A stretch of 63,265 nucleotides of DNA, counting the filler, from Octopus bimaculoides (Eukaryota), in the NCBI RefSeq assembly GCF_001194135.2. It is 5 parts of 4 records of this genome, joined end to end, with 100 filler letters (N's around TTAATTAATTAA, not from the genome) between each part and the next. Parts side by side here need not be neighbours in the genome. Positions count along the whole stretch, not along the records: positions 20,345 to 33,685 come from NC_068984.1; positions 33,786 to 41,637 come from NC_068984.1; 3 more parts are not named here. The stretch is one strand, 5' to 3'. A program made the position numbers and the translations under genes. Of the stretch, positions 26,153 through 38,889 are shown piece after piece (position 1 is the stretch's first letter; the number at the start of each line of letters is the position of its first letter). The notes beneath the pieces are model-generated. The model made no database searches. It was not told the DNA's origin and saw only the letters and a program-made list of their open reading frames with translations.

Positions 26153-26560
26153 AGGCGGCGAGCTGGCAGAAACGTTAGCACGCCGGGCGAAGCGCTTAGC
26201 AGTGTTTCGTCTGTCTTTAAGTTCTGAGTTCAAATTCCGCCGAAGTCGACTTTGCCTTTCATCGTTTCGGAGTCGATAAATTAAGTACCAGTTGCACATT
26301 GGAGTCGATCTAATCGACTGGTCGCCTCCCCAAAAAATTTCAGGCCTTGTGCCAAGAATAGAAAAGAATATTAAATATTGTAAGGCGGTGAGCTGGCAGA
26401 ATCGTTTGCACGCCGGGCAAAATCGTTAGTGGTATTATGTCCGTCTTCACGTTCTGAGTTCAAAATCCGCTGTGGCCGACGTTGCTTTTCATCCTCTCTG
26501 AAGCGCTGTAGGTCAATTCCTTCCCCGAACTTGCTGGCCTCGCGCTAAAATTCGAAAGCA
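26153..26560 (+). mobile_element. Two head-to-tail SINE family B copies (26153-26372 and 26382-26560)
   Basis: Both begin AAGGCGG(C/T)GAGCTGGCAGAA and contain GTTCTGAGTTCAAA; the second is more diverged. Confidence 0.8.
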
Positions 26561-26879
26561 ATATTAGATATACTGTCACTAACTTAACTATGCCTATAAG
26601 TTCACTATAAGGAAAAGCCATTCTAAACGGAGTTCACAGAAAGCTTACAAAAGCTTTAAACTTTCAGACCCTATCTCTCATGCCAACAAGCAGCCGACAA
26701 CTTCCATTCTTTTATCGATGACAGAGACCACAATTTTAGGAACTGCTGTAATTATAGTGTGTCGTCCATAATATCCTCAGTTATGCTAGCTCCAAAATTA
26801 AAGTTAATTTACCATGTCAGGAAATCCAAACCTGCTTGGGCACCAAACTATACATACATACATACATACATATACATAC

Positions 26880-26930
<51 letters not shown>

Positions 26931-27519
26931 NNNNNNNNNNNNNNNNNNNNNNNNNNNNNNNNNNNNNNNNNNNNNNNNNNNNNNNNNNNNNNNNNNNNNN
27001 NNNNNNATATATATATCGATTTTTTGAGATAAACGTTTTTATAAAAAGATTATCTTTTGGTTTACTAAGAAGGAAAAATGGCGTCTTGAATTACTAATTA
27101 AATAATAAAATACGAGAGAGATATTTTAGAATTGTTCCTATGCAATCAGTACGTTTTGCGAAAACAGAAGCGGTAGTTAAAGATTTGTGTTTGCTGTTAT
27201 TTTTGTTGTTGTAATAATTCGTACTTTTCTGTCAGTTATGTCGATTTTATCTGCACAAATAAATATGCGATTAGTGTATATGTACGTGCATAACTGTGTG
27301 TATCAGTGTGGTATGTGAATATGTGAATATATGCATACATGTACATATAGCAAGTGCATGTGTCTGTTTGTGCGGATGTGTGTTTTTTGTTTGCGCGCGT
27401 GTGTAGATACTGAAAATCTGAATTGGCAGCTGTATCCCCACGGTCACATGGTTTATTGGAATAAATATCCTGCTGTCTATCGTGGTCGATGACTATATAA
27501 AGACACATATAAATGATAA

Positions 27520-27560
<41 letters not shown>

Positions 27561-27590
27561 GAGATAGATAGATAGATAGATAGATGGATG

Positions 27591-27661
<71 letters not shown>

Positions 27662-28599
27662 TATGCTTATATATACACATATATATATATATATATAAAG
27701 ATATATGAAGGGGGTGAGTGTATGTGTATGTATATGTACATATATGTGTGTACTTATATGGACTACACAATAAATAACTTTATCTTTCTAGAGAGTATAT
27801 TATCTTGGTTTTATTGTAAACTATGCTAAACAAATAAGGCCGGAATCCTTCATGTTTATAGCTTTGCCATTCTTTCGATGTGGAACTGGCTTTATTAAAG
27901 AAAATCTTCAGCATAAGGGGATCAATTTATACTATAATTCTCTGATACTATAGCATGAAATACGCTAACAGAAGTGCAGTAATATGATTGGTTCATAGAA
28001 TGGAAAATAGACTCTCTTATAATCTTCCTTAAATATTGATTTCCTTCTCATATTTTAAGGTCAATATTGTAAGAGTATAAGCGCACAGGGTCAGATATCA
28101 TTGTCACACAATCATTGAATAAAATCGATTTTCTTCTTATACCTTAGCTCACTCCTATATCTATACTTATATGCCTGATATATGCGTCCTATTTTTACGT
28201 TGGGCGTAAGGTCAAATCTTGAAGTATTCTCCTTATTGTGGTGTATCTAGGGCATGTCAGCACTACAGCATCCATTCATTTCCCAGTTTCAGTATCTGTT
28301 GTAATATAAGGAAATATCTGTCGCTTGTGCAGTTTTTCCATTGATCACAAACTTCAATAGAGCTCTTTGTTATGTAATATATTAAAGTTTGAGTAGGATT
28401 GATTATACAAAGTAGAAAAATATAACTGAATGCATAAACATATGTACTGATTTTATTGTAGCTGAGTAGCTGCAGATAGATGGATAAGCCTGAAAAAAAC
28501 ACACACACGCGCGCACACACACACAGTTTTATATATATACACACATATATACGTACGTATATATTTTTGTATGTTTGTATGTTTTCTTTGGGTTTAATT

Positions 28600-30820
28600 T
28601 AAGTTTTTCTTGAGAGACTTCAAACAAAGCGACAAGATTTTTTGAGTTAGGAGAGATCCCGGTGTTTGCAGATATGTGATTAAGTTGGTGCGTCGATGCA
28701 TTCACACAATTGTGTACACCCATTAACATATGAATCTCAGATGGACAATTTTTGGAATGTCTTACAAATATTCACCGTATCACTAATAGATAGGATTTAG
28801 GGAATCTGCATCAGTTTCTTTTGCTCTTTTTCCGTGAAACTAAATATTTGTAGTTTTTTGTGAAAATTTGTTGATACATAACCTAATGCACCTACGATGA
28901 TAGGTACAAATGAAATTTCATAGTCAGGATACAAGAGCTGAAAGTTCTGCACTGATTCACTATAAATGTTCTCTTTTTCCTGGATTTGAATGTATATTCG
29001 CATCCGCTGCACAGCTGACGTCTACAACAGTGCATGAGTTTTGTTCTGTGTCCTACAGAACAATATTAGGTTTGTTAGGTTTACACCGAATTGATGTTTT
29101 TATTGGGGTATCCCACCAGTATTCCTTGCTTTTAAATGTGTGAATACCTGCTGGTTCTGACATGTCTTTGATGTATACGTCAAGGCACTCCTTACTGCAG
29201 ATAGCATTATAAATAGTCTTTGCAACTATATAATACCTCAGGGGCAGATAAGTACCTCATAGACATTTTGGAGGAAGCTGCTGATAATGTGGGTGATATC
29301 TTCCACACCGGTATAGCAGAGCCGACATTTTTATCTCAACGTGAAAGTTTGATGGTATCTTTATCCCTCTTTGTTTATCAGGTATTTAGTAGCTATCCCG
29401 TTTCTAGATAGCGAAGATATATCCTTAGTTAGGATGTAATGCATCTATCTCAGGTCCAGGAAAAGCTACTCTTCTTGCCAGTGTTGTTGTTGCCGTCTAG
29501 CTTATCGGATACGTACCCATGCATTGCTTTTGTTGGTATGATGCCTGCTTCTCGTCTAAGCTTTTGTTTAAATAGGCCAGTCCTGCCTTGTTTGGGTCGC
29601 AAGAGACAGTTGCCTTCTGAGAGTACCTGCACGGTAGGTCTTCTCTGACTCTAAAGATGTTACCCTCATTTTTGAGTATGCATGGAATGTACTCATTTTT
29701 TTCTTTACTGTTAAGCAGGTGTTGTCTTCCTGATACAATGCAACATTCAAAGGCTGTTTCGACCAGCCTTATGCCTCTACTGCCATCACTTCGTCTCACA
29801 TAATACGGTGCCATTGTTAATGTGGAAGTTGTCAGTGGTAGTCAGTCATTGGGTGTCCAGTTCAATGTCCCAAATGTTGGTACTAGAACTGGTATTGCGA
29901 AAACATTGTGAGATACGGTCTTGCTAAATGCAGACAGCTCTGAGTTGCATATTTTCGGAGTTTAAAGTACTCTATTGTTATTCTGGCTTTAGTGACAGCA
30001 CCAATGTAGGTAACATTCTCATCGATTCCGGGGCACTTGTAGCTCTCATCATTAGAGATAGTGGTGGCAGACAAGCTGTTGATGTCTGCGGTGAGCTGGT
30101 AGAAACGTTAGCACGCCGGGCGAAATGCTTAGCGGTATTTGGTCTGCCGTTACGTTCTGAGTTCAAATTCCGCCGAGGTCGACTTTGCCTTTCATCCTTT
30201 CAGGGTTGATAAATTAAGTACCAGTTACGCACAGGGGTCGATGTAATCGACTTAATCACTTTGTCTGTCCTTGTTTGTCCCTTCTGTGTTTAGCCCCGTG
30301 TGAGCAATAAAGAAATAAGACAAGCCGTTGATGTACAAGTCCTCAACATGGTCGACAATCTTTCCTCAATTGACTATCCTGTATGAGCTTTTATCTTACC
30401 CAAACTCCATTCATGTATCTCGTGAGAATATTGTGACTAGTAATAATTGTCTCTTAATGTTGACCATATTACCAGAATATAACTTTTGGTTATCAACAAA
30501 AACAAATGTGTGGATGACATTAATTTTATTCTTTTCTGCATATCCCAGCATGTAGCCTTGACAAGGGATTCACAGCCAGTACAAACAGCATTACAGATAA
30601 ACTATCACCCTGGAATATGCCTGTTGATAGCTTAATTCTATATGTAACAATAGGTGTTGCTTTAGTGTGTGTCAGTGATAACTGTCTAGACCATGTTGTA
30701 GTCAGTCTTTCAATAGCATTCACAGTAGCAGCTGGTACTTTGGCAAGGTGTAGTGATTCTTTCATCCATTAGTGAGGCCCAGAGTTGAACACCTCCTTGT
30801 AGTCTAGCAATATCTCTAAG
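28600..30820 (-). mobile_element. R4/Dong-type (NeSL/R2-group, REL endonuclease) non-LTR retrotransposon, 5'-truncated and degenerate
   Basis: RT motif IKLSTGIFQGDSLSVMLFVLAVNPLS, then ESYKCPGI (YKYLG-like), YVRRSDGSRGIRLVE (LYLPRKEGGRGL-like) and KAMHG. The C-terminal REL-type segment is EKENIYSE...ISFVPIIVGALG. A SINE interrupts it at 30086-30317. Confidence 0.85.
30086..30317 (+). mobile_element. SINE family B copy with a 17-bp TSD, inserted in the R4/Dong element
   Basis: The head GCGGTGAGCTGGTAGAAACG..GTTCTGAGTTCAAATTCC precedes the central CTTTGCCTTTCATCCTTTC..GATAAATTAAGTACCAG. The TSD AGACAAGC(T/C)GTTGATGT lies at 30069-30085 and 30318-30334. Confidence 0.9.
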
Positions 30821-31149
30821 AGATTACGGCGATTATGCTTGGCTTCCTTAAGGACAACTTTGTTGAGGAGGGAACTATTCAGCACAGACCTTAACTCCAT
30901 ATATATATATATATATATATCTGTAAGTATACTTGTTTGAATCATTGGATAACAGTCATACTGGGTGCTACCTTGAAGGGTTTAGTCTAACAAATTGCCC
31001 CAACATTCATTGTGTTAAGTCTTGTACTATTTTTGTCTGTTTTATCGAGTTGCGAAATTACTGGTACGTAAACATACCCACAGCGTTTGTGCAGGCACGT
31101 ACATACACAAATACGCACATATATACACAAACGCGCATATAAATACTCT

Positions 31150-31282
31150 CAATGAGACCGAGTAACACCTCGAAGAATTCTCAATTGAATGAATCGACCA
31201 CAGTACTTATTTTTTTAAAGCCTGGTACTTAGTCTATCGATCTATTTTGCCGAACCACTAACTTTCGGGGATGTAAACATAC
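31150..31282 (-). mobile_element. SINE family A fragment interrupted by the Gypsy LTR
   Basis: GCCTGGTACTTAGTCTATCG...GCCGAACCACTAAC..GGGGATGTAAACA, followed directly by the LTR. Confidence 0.7.
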
Positions 31283-31576
31283 TGTGGTGTGATGGAGGAA
31301 GAAGACAACAAGGAGCAAAAGGACAAAATGAAGCGTCGGACCTTACCTTGCCGACCGCAGCGGGGTACACGATCGCTCCTAATCAGAACACGTCTTTCTC
31401 GTAACGTCGCTGTTTTCTCACTAGCCCCACATGCTAGCCTTCGACCGACGTGTCGCCGACTTTCGATCTGACCCTTCCGGTTTGGCCCTTCCGGTCTGGC
31501 TTCACCTCTGTTTGCCTCACCCCTCTCCACCACAACACATAGTTCGTCACAGCCCATAACACCACACATACCAACA
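31283..31576 (-). repeat. 3' LTR of the Gypsy element (~294 bp)
   Basis: It starts TGTTGG immediately after the PPT and ends ACCACA, where SINE sequence resumes. Confidence 0.75.
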
Positions 31577-33685
31577 CGCCCCCCTGATCTATAGATCATT
31601 CAACCGGCTCTCCCACTCACTCCTCGCTCCCGAACTACCTTAATTGGTTTCATAATCAGCCAACCAGGGAGGAGGGTACCGNNNNNNNNNNNNNNNNNNN
31701 NNNNNNNNNNNNNNNNNNNNNNNNNNNNNNNNNNNNNNNNNNNNNNNNNNNNNNNNNNNNNNNNNNNNNNNNNNNNNNNNNNNNNNNNNNNNNNNNNNNN
31801 NNNNNNNNNNNNNNNNNNNNNNNNNNNNNNNNNNNNNNNNNNNNNNNNNNNNNNNNNNNNNNNNNNNNNNNNNNNNNNNNNNNNNNNNNNNNNNNNNNNN
31901 NNNNNNNNNNNNNNNNNNNNNNNNNNNNNNNNNNNNNNNNNNNNNNNNNNNNNNNNNNNNNNNNNNNNNNNNNNNNNNNNNNNNNNNNNNNNNNNNNNNN
32001 NNNNNNNNNNNNNNNNNNNNNNNNNNNNNNNNNNNNNNNNNNNNNNNNNNNNNNNNNNNNNNNNNNNNNNNNNNNNNNNNNNNNNNNNNNNNNNNNNNNN
32101 NNNNNNNNNNNNNNNNNNNNNNNNNNNNNNNNNNNNNNNNNNNNNNNNNNNNNNNNNNNNNNNNNNNNNNNNNNNNNNNNNNNNNNNNNNNNNNNNNNNN
32201 NNNNNNNNNNNNNNNNNNNNNNNNNNNNNNNNNNNNNNNNNNNNNNNNNNNNNNNNNNNNNNNNNNNNNNNNNNNNNNNNNNNNNNNNNNNNNNNNNNNN
32301 NNNNNNNNNNNNNNNNNNNNNNNNNNNNNNNNNNNNNNNNNNNNNNNNNNNNNNNNNNNNNNNNNCCTACGATTTCCTCTGCAGTCCCCGTCTTCATCTC
32401 CCTCCATATGGCCATCCGCCCCGGTCGGCTGTCAACCATTGAGAGGTACGTCCCCTGCCGGTAGTGTGTTACGTCCACTGCCAGTCGTTTCCAGTTGTGG
32501 GCCACTGGAATACTTCCCGCCTCATGTACGCCCGGAGCAGGGTCAATAGACTGGCACCTGCCACATCTGCTAACCACTCTCTGCACGCTCCGCCTCGTTA
32601 CCTCGGAGTCAACTTTCCTGGCGAGGAACAACGTCCTGTCCACTCCCATGTGATGCATGGTATGCAGTCTCCTCAACTCCGAGTCACTCAGACAGCATAC
32701 TGCACCCACATTCTGCTCCGCATCCTCTGGCACCTGCAACCAAGCTCGCTTTACCCTGGTTAGGACGTCTGCCCTGTTCTTTTCGGAAGGCACAAAGATT
32801 ACGCTCAGCTCCAGATCGAACTCAGNNNNNNNNNNNNNNNNNNNNNNNNNNNNNNNNNNNNNNNNNNNNNNNNNNNNNNNNNNNNNNNNNNNNNNNNNNN
32901 NNNNNNNNNNNNNNNNNNNNNNNNNNNNNNNNNNNNNNNNNNNNNNNNNNNNNNNNNNNNNNNNNNNNNNNNNNNNNNNNNNNNNNNNNNNNNNNNNNNN
33001 NNNNNNNNNNNNNNNNNNNNNNNNNNNNNNNNNNNNNNNNNNNNNNNNNNNNNNNNNNNNNNNNNNNNNNNNNNNNNNNNNNNNNNNNNNAGGCTGCATC
33101 TTCCACCACGGTGCCTCCCATTTCCAAGACGACCCCTATTACGATGCTACTGGCGTCACACCAAACGATCCCACTCTTTGATTTGGGAACATACCAACTG
33201 CCCCTCACTGGATCCTCTGCTCTCACTCTGACCAAGACTTCCTGCATCATGTCGGTCGTTTTCTCCCCAACTCTGTCATTCCACTTTGCTCCTTCGGCTC
33301 GTCTCTTGATGAAGCTACATGCTGTCCGAAGCCATCCTGCAACCGGGTAATGTCCCACCAGCTTCCCGCACACCGAGAAAAGTTCCCGCCTACTCACGCT
33401 GTTGCCCAGTTCAGGGATCTCGTTTCCTCTCCGGAACACCAGCTCGCCCGATCTGTCTTTTTGTAGCTTCAGCCCCAGCGCAGCTTCCCCCACCATCGAC
33501 TCAGGCGGCTTCGCAATCAGCCCCAACCTCTCCAGGTGTCTCACTACCTCGGTGGCTGGCACTACAGTCTCATCAACCAAAATATCGTCGATGTAGGAAC
33601 TGGTGGCCTTCCTTATCCTCTCCTCTTTCCCTAGGACGGACTTGAGCACCATCGCCATAATTTTCGGAGCGGAATTCAGCCCGAA
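31283..33685 (-). mobile_element. Ty3/Gypsy LTR retrotransposon, 3' part (RT-RNase H-integrase, PPT and 3' LTR), broken by gaps
   Basis: The RT shows FGLNSAPKIM and YIDDILV, the RNase H shows CDASS, and the integrase shows an HHCC finger (H..HMG...C..C) and WKRLAVDVTH. The domain order RT-RH-IN indicates Gypsy. The PPT AGGGGGGCG (31577-31585) abuts a TGT...ACA LTR at 31283-31576. Confidence 0.92.
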
Positions 33686-33878
33686 NNNNNNNNNNNNNNN
33701 NNNNNNNNNNNNNNNNNNNNNNNNNNNNNTTAATTAATTAANNNNNNNNNNNNNNNNNNNNNNNNNNNNNNNNNNNNNNNNNNNNTATATATACAAGCAA
33801 GAATGCTAGTTCTAAATTCTCTGTAAGAGATCAACTCAGTAGTTGTACTAAGAAATAAGGTTCATAGCCACTTCAATA

Positions 33879-34147
33879 TGCCTGTCTGTTTGAACGAACT
33901 TTACAGCAATTTTTAGCCCCAAGGGGACATGTCCTCTATTTCTGTAACGATGCACAGTTGCATCCGATACATTGCAAACAGGGGAGCGAACACCTAACAC
34001 ATGTTCTGCTGCTCCCGTAGCTAGAAGGTGGTAAAGGTTTGCTCCGTTGCTCAGCAGGGTATCGGGTGCAGCTGTACCTCGTTAACCTGCTTGAGATGTC
34101 CTGTTGTGGTTTAAAAATCGCAATAATTCCGTTCGAACAGACAGCCA
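33879..34147. mobile_element. MITE-like element with long imperfect TIRs
   Basis: Left TGCCTGTCTGTTTGAACG matches right rc TGGCTGTCTGTTCGAACG, and an inner inverted block GATGCACAGTTGCATCCGATAC matches rc GAGGTACAGCTGCACCCGATAC. Confidence 0.7.
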
Positions 34148-34170
34148 CGTTGACGTGGCTACGAACATTG

Positions 34171-34230
<60 letters not shown>

Positions 34231-34818
34231 TATATAATTTAAAGGTTGCAATACCTGCATTAAAGCGCTACTAATAGTTTCATATGTTGAGAGAACTCAA
34301 ACATATTATTCAGGTAACCTTTAAGTAATAATATTCATCTCTCACTAGATGGAATACATTTTTTGTTGAATTTTCTATCACGGTTCAGTACAATATATAT
34401 ATATATACACATACGTACATATATGTTTATGTATATGTATATATGTATGTATAAATGCATGCATGCATATACATATGTGTGCATGTGCGTATGTATGTAT
34501 GTATGTATGCATGCATGTATGTATGAATGAATATATATATGTATGCATGCATGTATGTATGTTAGTTGCGAGAAGCAGAGATGAGAAACAAACTAAGTTT
34601 AGGTCGATGTAAATATCTCAAAAGCATTTCAAATTGATTGTAAAGGCTATTAAAGTGTCCTACAAACATTTCAATGTTCCTAACACACACACACACACAC
34701 ACGCACACACAGAGAAACGCATACACGCGCTCACACACACGGACGCGCACTCACATATTCATACATAAAAACATACATAAGAGAGATATTGGGAGAAAGA
34801 AGCATATTTTCATATACA

Positions 34819-34884
<66 letters not shown>

Positions 34885-34919
34885 TATAGTCTAATCAGAC
34901 TGAAATTCAAACGATGGTT

Positions 34920-35990
34920 TTCACTTCCCTTATTAGGAAACTGTTATACGTTGACGATTACGATCTAGTCAGTCACTCTGAAACGGACTTGCAATCTCTT
35001 GTATCTGGATTTGACTCGTCTTCTGATTATCTTAGCTTAATAATCAACTTGAAAAAACAGTTCTAATGTATCAACCTGCACCTAATGCTGCATGCATCCC
35101 CGTTAAGATTTCCGTTACGAGTAAGTTACCTGAGGTTCTTGACTCTTTCATCTTACCTTGGAAGTTCTGTACAAAATGATGGAAATCTGGACCCAGAAAT
35201 ACGCTTGCGATTTCAAAGGGCAGCACAAGTATTTTGTGACTTGAAGTCACGAGTTTGGTACCGACGACATATAAATAACCACAAAAATGGTTCTTTACAA
35301 ATCCTTTGTCTTACCACCCTTGTTGTATTCTTCTGAAGCATGGACGTGTTATGAAAGTTCTAATTTTTAGGACGATTCCACCAAAAATACCATCGCCACA
35401 TTCTAAACATTGAATGGCACTTTTTTTTTACTCCAAACGCAGATGTCTTTGCGTCTGCAAGCATCGCTTCATTTAAATCAATGATTCTGAAAAGCCAAAT
35501 GAGATGGTCAGGTCATATTGTTCGAATTGTCCGTGAACGCACATCCAAACAGCTGTTTTACGACAAGCTTACAGAGGCGAAACGCTATTGTTGTAAACCT
35601 AAAAAGAGATTTTAAGGACGGCATAAGGACTACCATAAAATCAATTCGAATGGACCCAAAGGCCATAGAAACCTTTGCTTCGGATCGGACTGGATGACAA
35701 ACAAAAGTGTGGAGTGGAGTGAAAGCGTTGCAGGAGAACAGGATAACGCATGCAAAACTCAAAAGAGATTTAAAGAAGAATGTTGCGATCGAGAAGGTGG
35801 ACCTCAGTGACTTTTTGTGTGCACAGTTTTTGACAGAAAATGCCTTTCTTTTGCTGGGCTCAAATCTCAATTGCGGACACATAACGAACGAGCCTCCACC
35901 AACTATTCTGCCTATATACCTGTGCAAACATTTCAATGCTGCTTATGCCATAAGGTCTGCAAATCTGATGGAGATGTCTTAAGTTCTACA
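34920..35990 (+). mobile_element. RTE (BovB-like) LINE 3' fragment, degenerate
   Basis: Translations include KLLYVDDYDLVSHSE, YLGSSVQNDGNLDPEIRLRFQRAAQVF, SQMRWSGHIVR, KQLFY and KPKKRFKD, plus terminal C2H2-like motifs. Confidence 0.85.
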
Positions 35991-36209
35991 AAGATCACAC
36001 CTTAACTGCAGCTCCTGGTGGTCCAGGAGCTGCAATCTATATGGTCCAGGATATGCTATCTATGTGGGTGTTTTTCAATACAATGTCTAGTTAAAAAAGC
36101 CACATCAAAAGCCAAGATGGATCTAATGTGCAGGTACAGAAGGGGTCAGAATCTGCATAATATATAGTCAACTATCATATACATAAATACACATATAAAT
36201 ATTCCTTGC

Positions 36210-36440
36210 TATACATATTGCCGACTCTCACCTTACTGTTAACATCCTGGTACATGGCCTGTACAGCTTACAACAAAGGCACATCTATCCCTATCTTCCG
36301 CATTTCCCACCAATTAAGTGAGTGGAGAATGCTATCAATAGCTTTCTCTGTGTCGACAAAAGCGAAAAGTTATGCAGGGAACTTTATTGTCTTAAAGGAA
36401 TTTCTTCAATAAGCTGTGGTGCATTCTGAGCTGAGTATTC
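36210..36440 (-). mobile_element. RTE LINE RT fragment
   Basis: AFVDTEKAIDSILHSLNWWEMRKIGID..AVQAMYQDVNSKVRVG, matching the AFVDLEKAFD motif. Confidence 0.75.
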
Positions 36441-38889
36441 GTGCATCATTTTTTAAAATCCAAATTGATTTGTATGTGTGAATATATGTGCGTATGTGTA
36501 TATGTATGTATGCATGTATGTATGTATGCATGTATGTATGTATGTATGTATTAATGTATATATACATACATAAATGCCTACGAACATTGTTATACGAAAC
36601 TATTCTTGTTGAATTTATGTAAATTTAATAGCGAGAGAGCAGACATGAGTAAGTTTTTGTGAGAAATTTTGTGTGAATGTGAATATATGCGTGTCTGTGT
36701 ATACTGGCGAACTTTTGTGTTGCGTCTGTGTGGATGTGCCCCTGTGCAACTACACACGCAGAGATAATTATGCTCAGTAACTCAAACACAGAGCCTTTAA
36801 GTTACGCTTGACCAACTTGAAATAACTACAAAATGTGGCTTTAAAAGCCGAATTTCTTTAAGAAAAAGATAACTTTATGACTATCTTGAATCCTACATTT
36901 ATATTTATAGATATCTGAAAACAAGATGGTTATGTGTATTGCTGATATTCTTTTCTTCATAGTCCTAGATGACCCGGAGTATAATACACAACAAAAGCAT
37001 CACCGAAGTTACCATACTTTGGAAAATAAAAAAAACATGGATTTGGCATTGATGGAATATTCCTCTGATGAGTGTTTTTATCGTTCATATAGTCACAGTG
37101 CAAGGCCATCTGTTCACACTTTGACCTATTATTGTACTCGTCCTCCTACATCGTATCAGACAGATATTACGCGCAGTTTGAACGTTTATTGATATCAACA
37201 AATTTAGTATAATTTCATGACAAGCATTGGCAATATAAATTTCCAGCTGTGACTAAGGTGTAAGGCAGTCTATGATTCAGTCTATAATTCTATACGTTTT
37301 CTCCAAAGGTTATAAAATCAGAGATAAATGTAAATATAAGCTTTCTTTGCGTATTAAATATAGCATAAGCTACTTTAACAGTATTTAAATGAATTGAACG
37401 CTGTCTACTTGCACAAATATCAAGCTTGCCTCCATATAATCACCTTACGCGTGTTTGTTCGTGAGTATTTCCTGTGTCTGACTCTGTGTGTGTGCATTCG
37501 TATACATTTGCAAATATATAAGTTAGAGACATAGACAAATGTAAATATACACACGTGTGTATGTGTGTGTGCATACATATACTTATAAATATTCACACAC
37601 ATATATATATAGTGAGAGAATACTTACATTTACCTATATCTTTCACATTTATATTTACAAGTGTAAACGAATGCACATACACACACTCAAAGATGGGAAC
37701 ATACATGTACAGACATATACATACTTATATGTGCGTGTGTATTTGTGCACATATTCACTGTAAGTTTGTGACAATATGGATGTACGAGGTTTAATATTTT
37801 ATATTGCGTGCCATGCGATCGATAAGTGTCATGATTTCAACATTTTCATTTCACGATTACCCTAATAAATACTTCAAATATATTTCTGGGAAAGTTACAT
37901 TTTATTAATATACACGCAAGCGTGCGTCTAGAAATGCTCTCTCATAATGTATGTTAGTTTCTGCATCTATGTCTACGTGCGTGTGTATGGGTACGAGAGT
38001 GCATAAATATGACGATTAAGATTAAATGTGTCGTATTTCTACCTGAAAACTTAATCTCACACTTTTAACTTGCACTCACGCATAGATAACTGTCCGAAAC
38101 GTTCCCTGTGAATCTTAAAACTATCCTCTGTTACTCATATCGAATCATATCTCCATATACTATTCCACCGAAATGTATAACACGTAAGGCGAGCAAACAA
38201 ATAAATGTTTATTTTGGTCATTCTATCCCCAAGAAATACCGCATAAACACCCCTAACATGAATTCCTATTCTTTGAAAACAAGATAGATTTTAGATTTTG
38301 GATAAATATTTGTAGATGTTACTATCCCAGAAAATTTGATTCGTTGGAGCTGGACAGTGACGTTTGGCACATTTTAAAAAATGGTTATAAATCGATCAGT
38401 TCCAGCCTAACATCAATTGCAACACTCCTAACATGAACATTGTTAATTTTCCCTATACTTTCTAGGATATTCTGAGATAAAAAATGCATGCACACACAAA
38501 CCAACTATGATTTGTCGAGAATTGAAAACAACTCGATGCCCTCCAAATGCAGAACCTCGAAGATCAAATCCAATCAGCCGACTGTTTATTGTCATTACCA
38601 TCATAAGTTTTCATGATATGAAGCTTGTTTTATTAATAAATAAACTTCCTTGTTTGGTTTGGGCGTGTTGTCTACACATTGATAGAGTGAGATATTCGGT
38701 TTTCCCGTATGTATCCATAGGCTCACTAAGTGAAATTTATCAACTAACGGGATCACACATTTGTTTACAATGAATATTCAATCTCATTATTGAAGTGAGT
38801 GTAATTTGTTCAATGTAGCTTTCCCTACTTATATTGCATTCAAAGAACAAAGAAAATGGTTTTCCAAAGTAAAAAAAAAAAAAAAACTT

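Noticed and set aside
28263-28490. Minus-strand frame after a TTTTTTTCAG acceptor containing LSYNKI (LRR-like)
   Set aside because: The LxLxxN spacing does not fit, there is no second repeat, and the composition is intron-like. I cannot support it as an exon.
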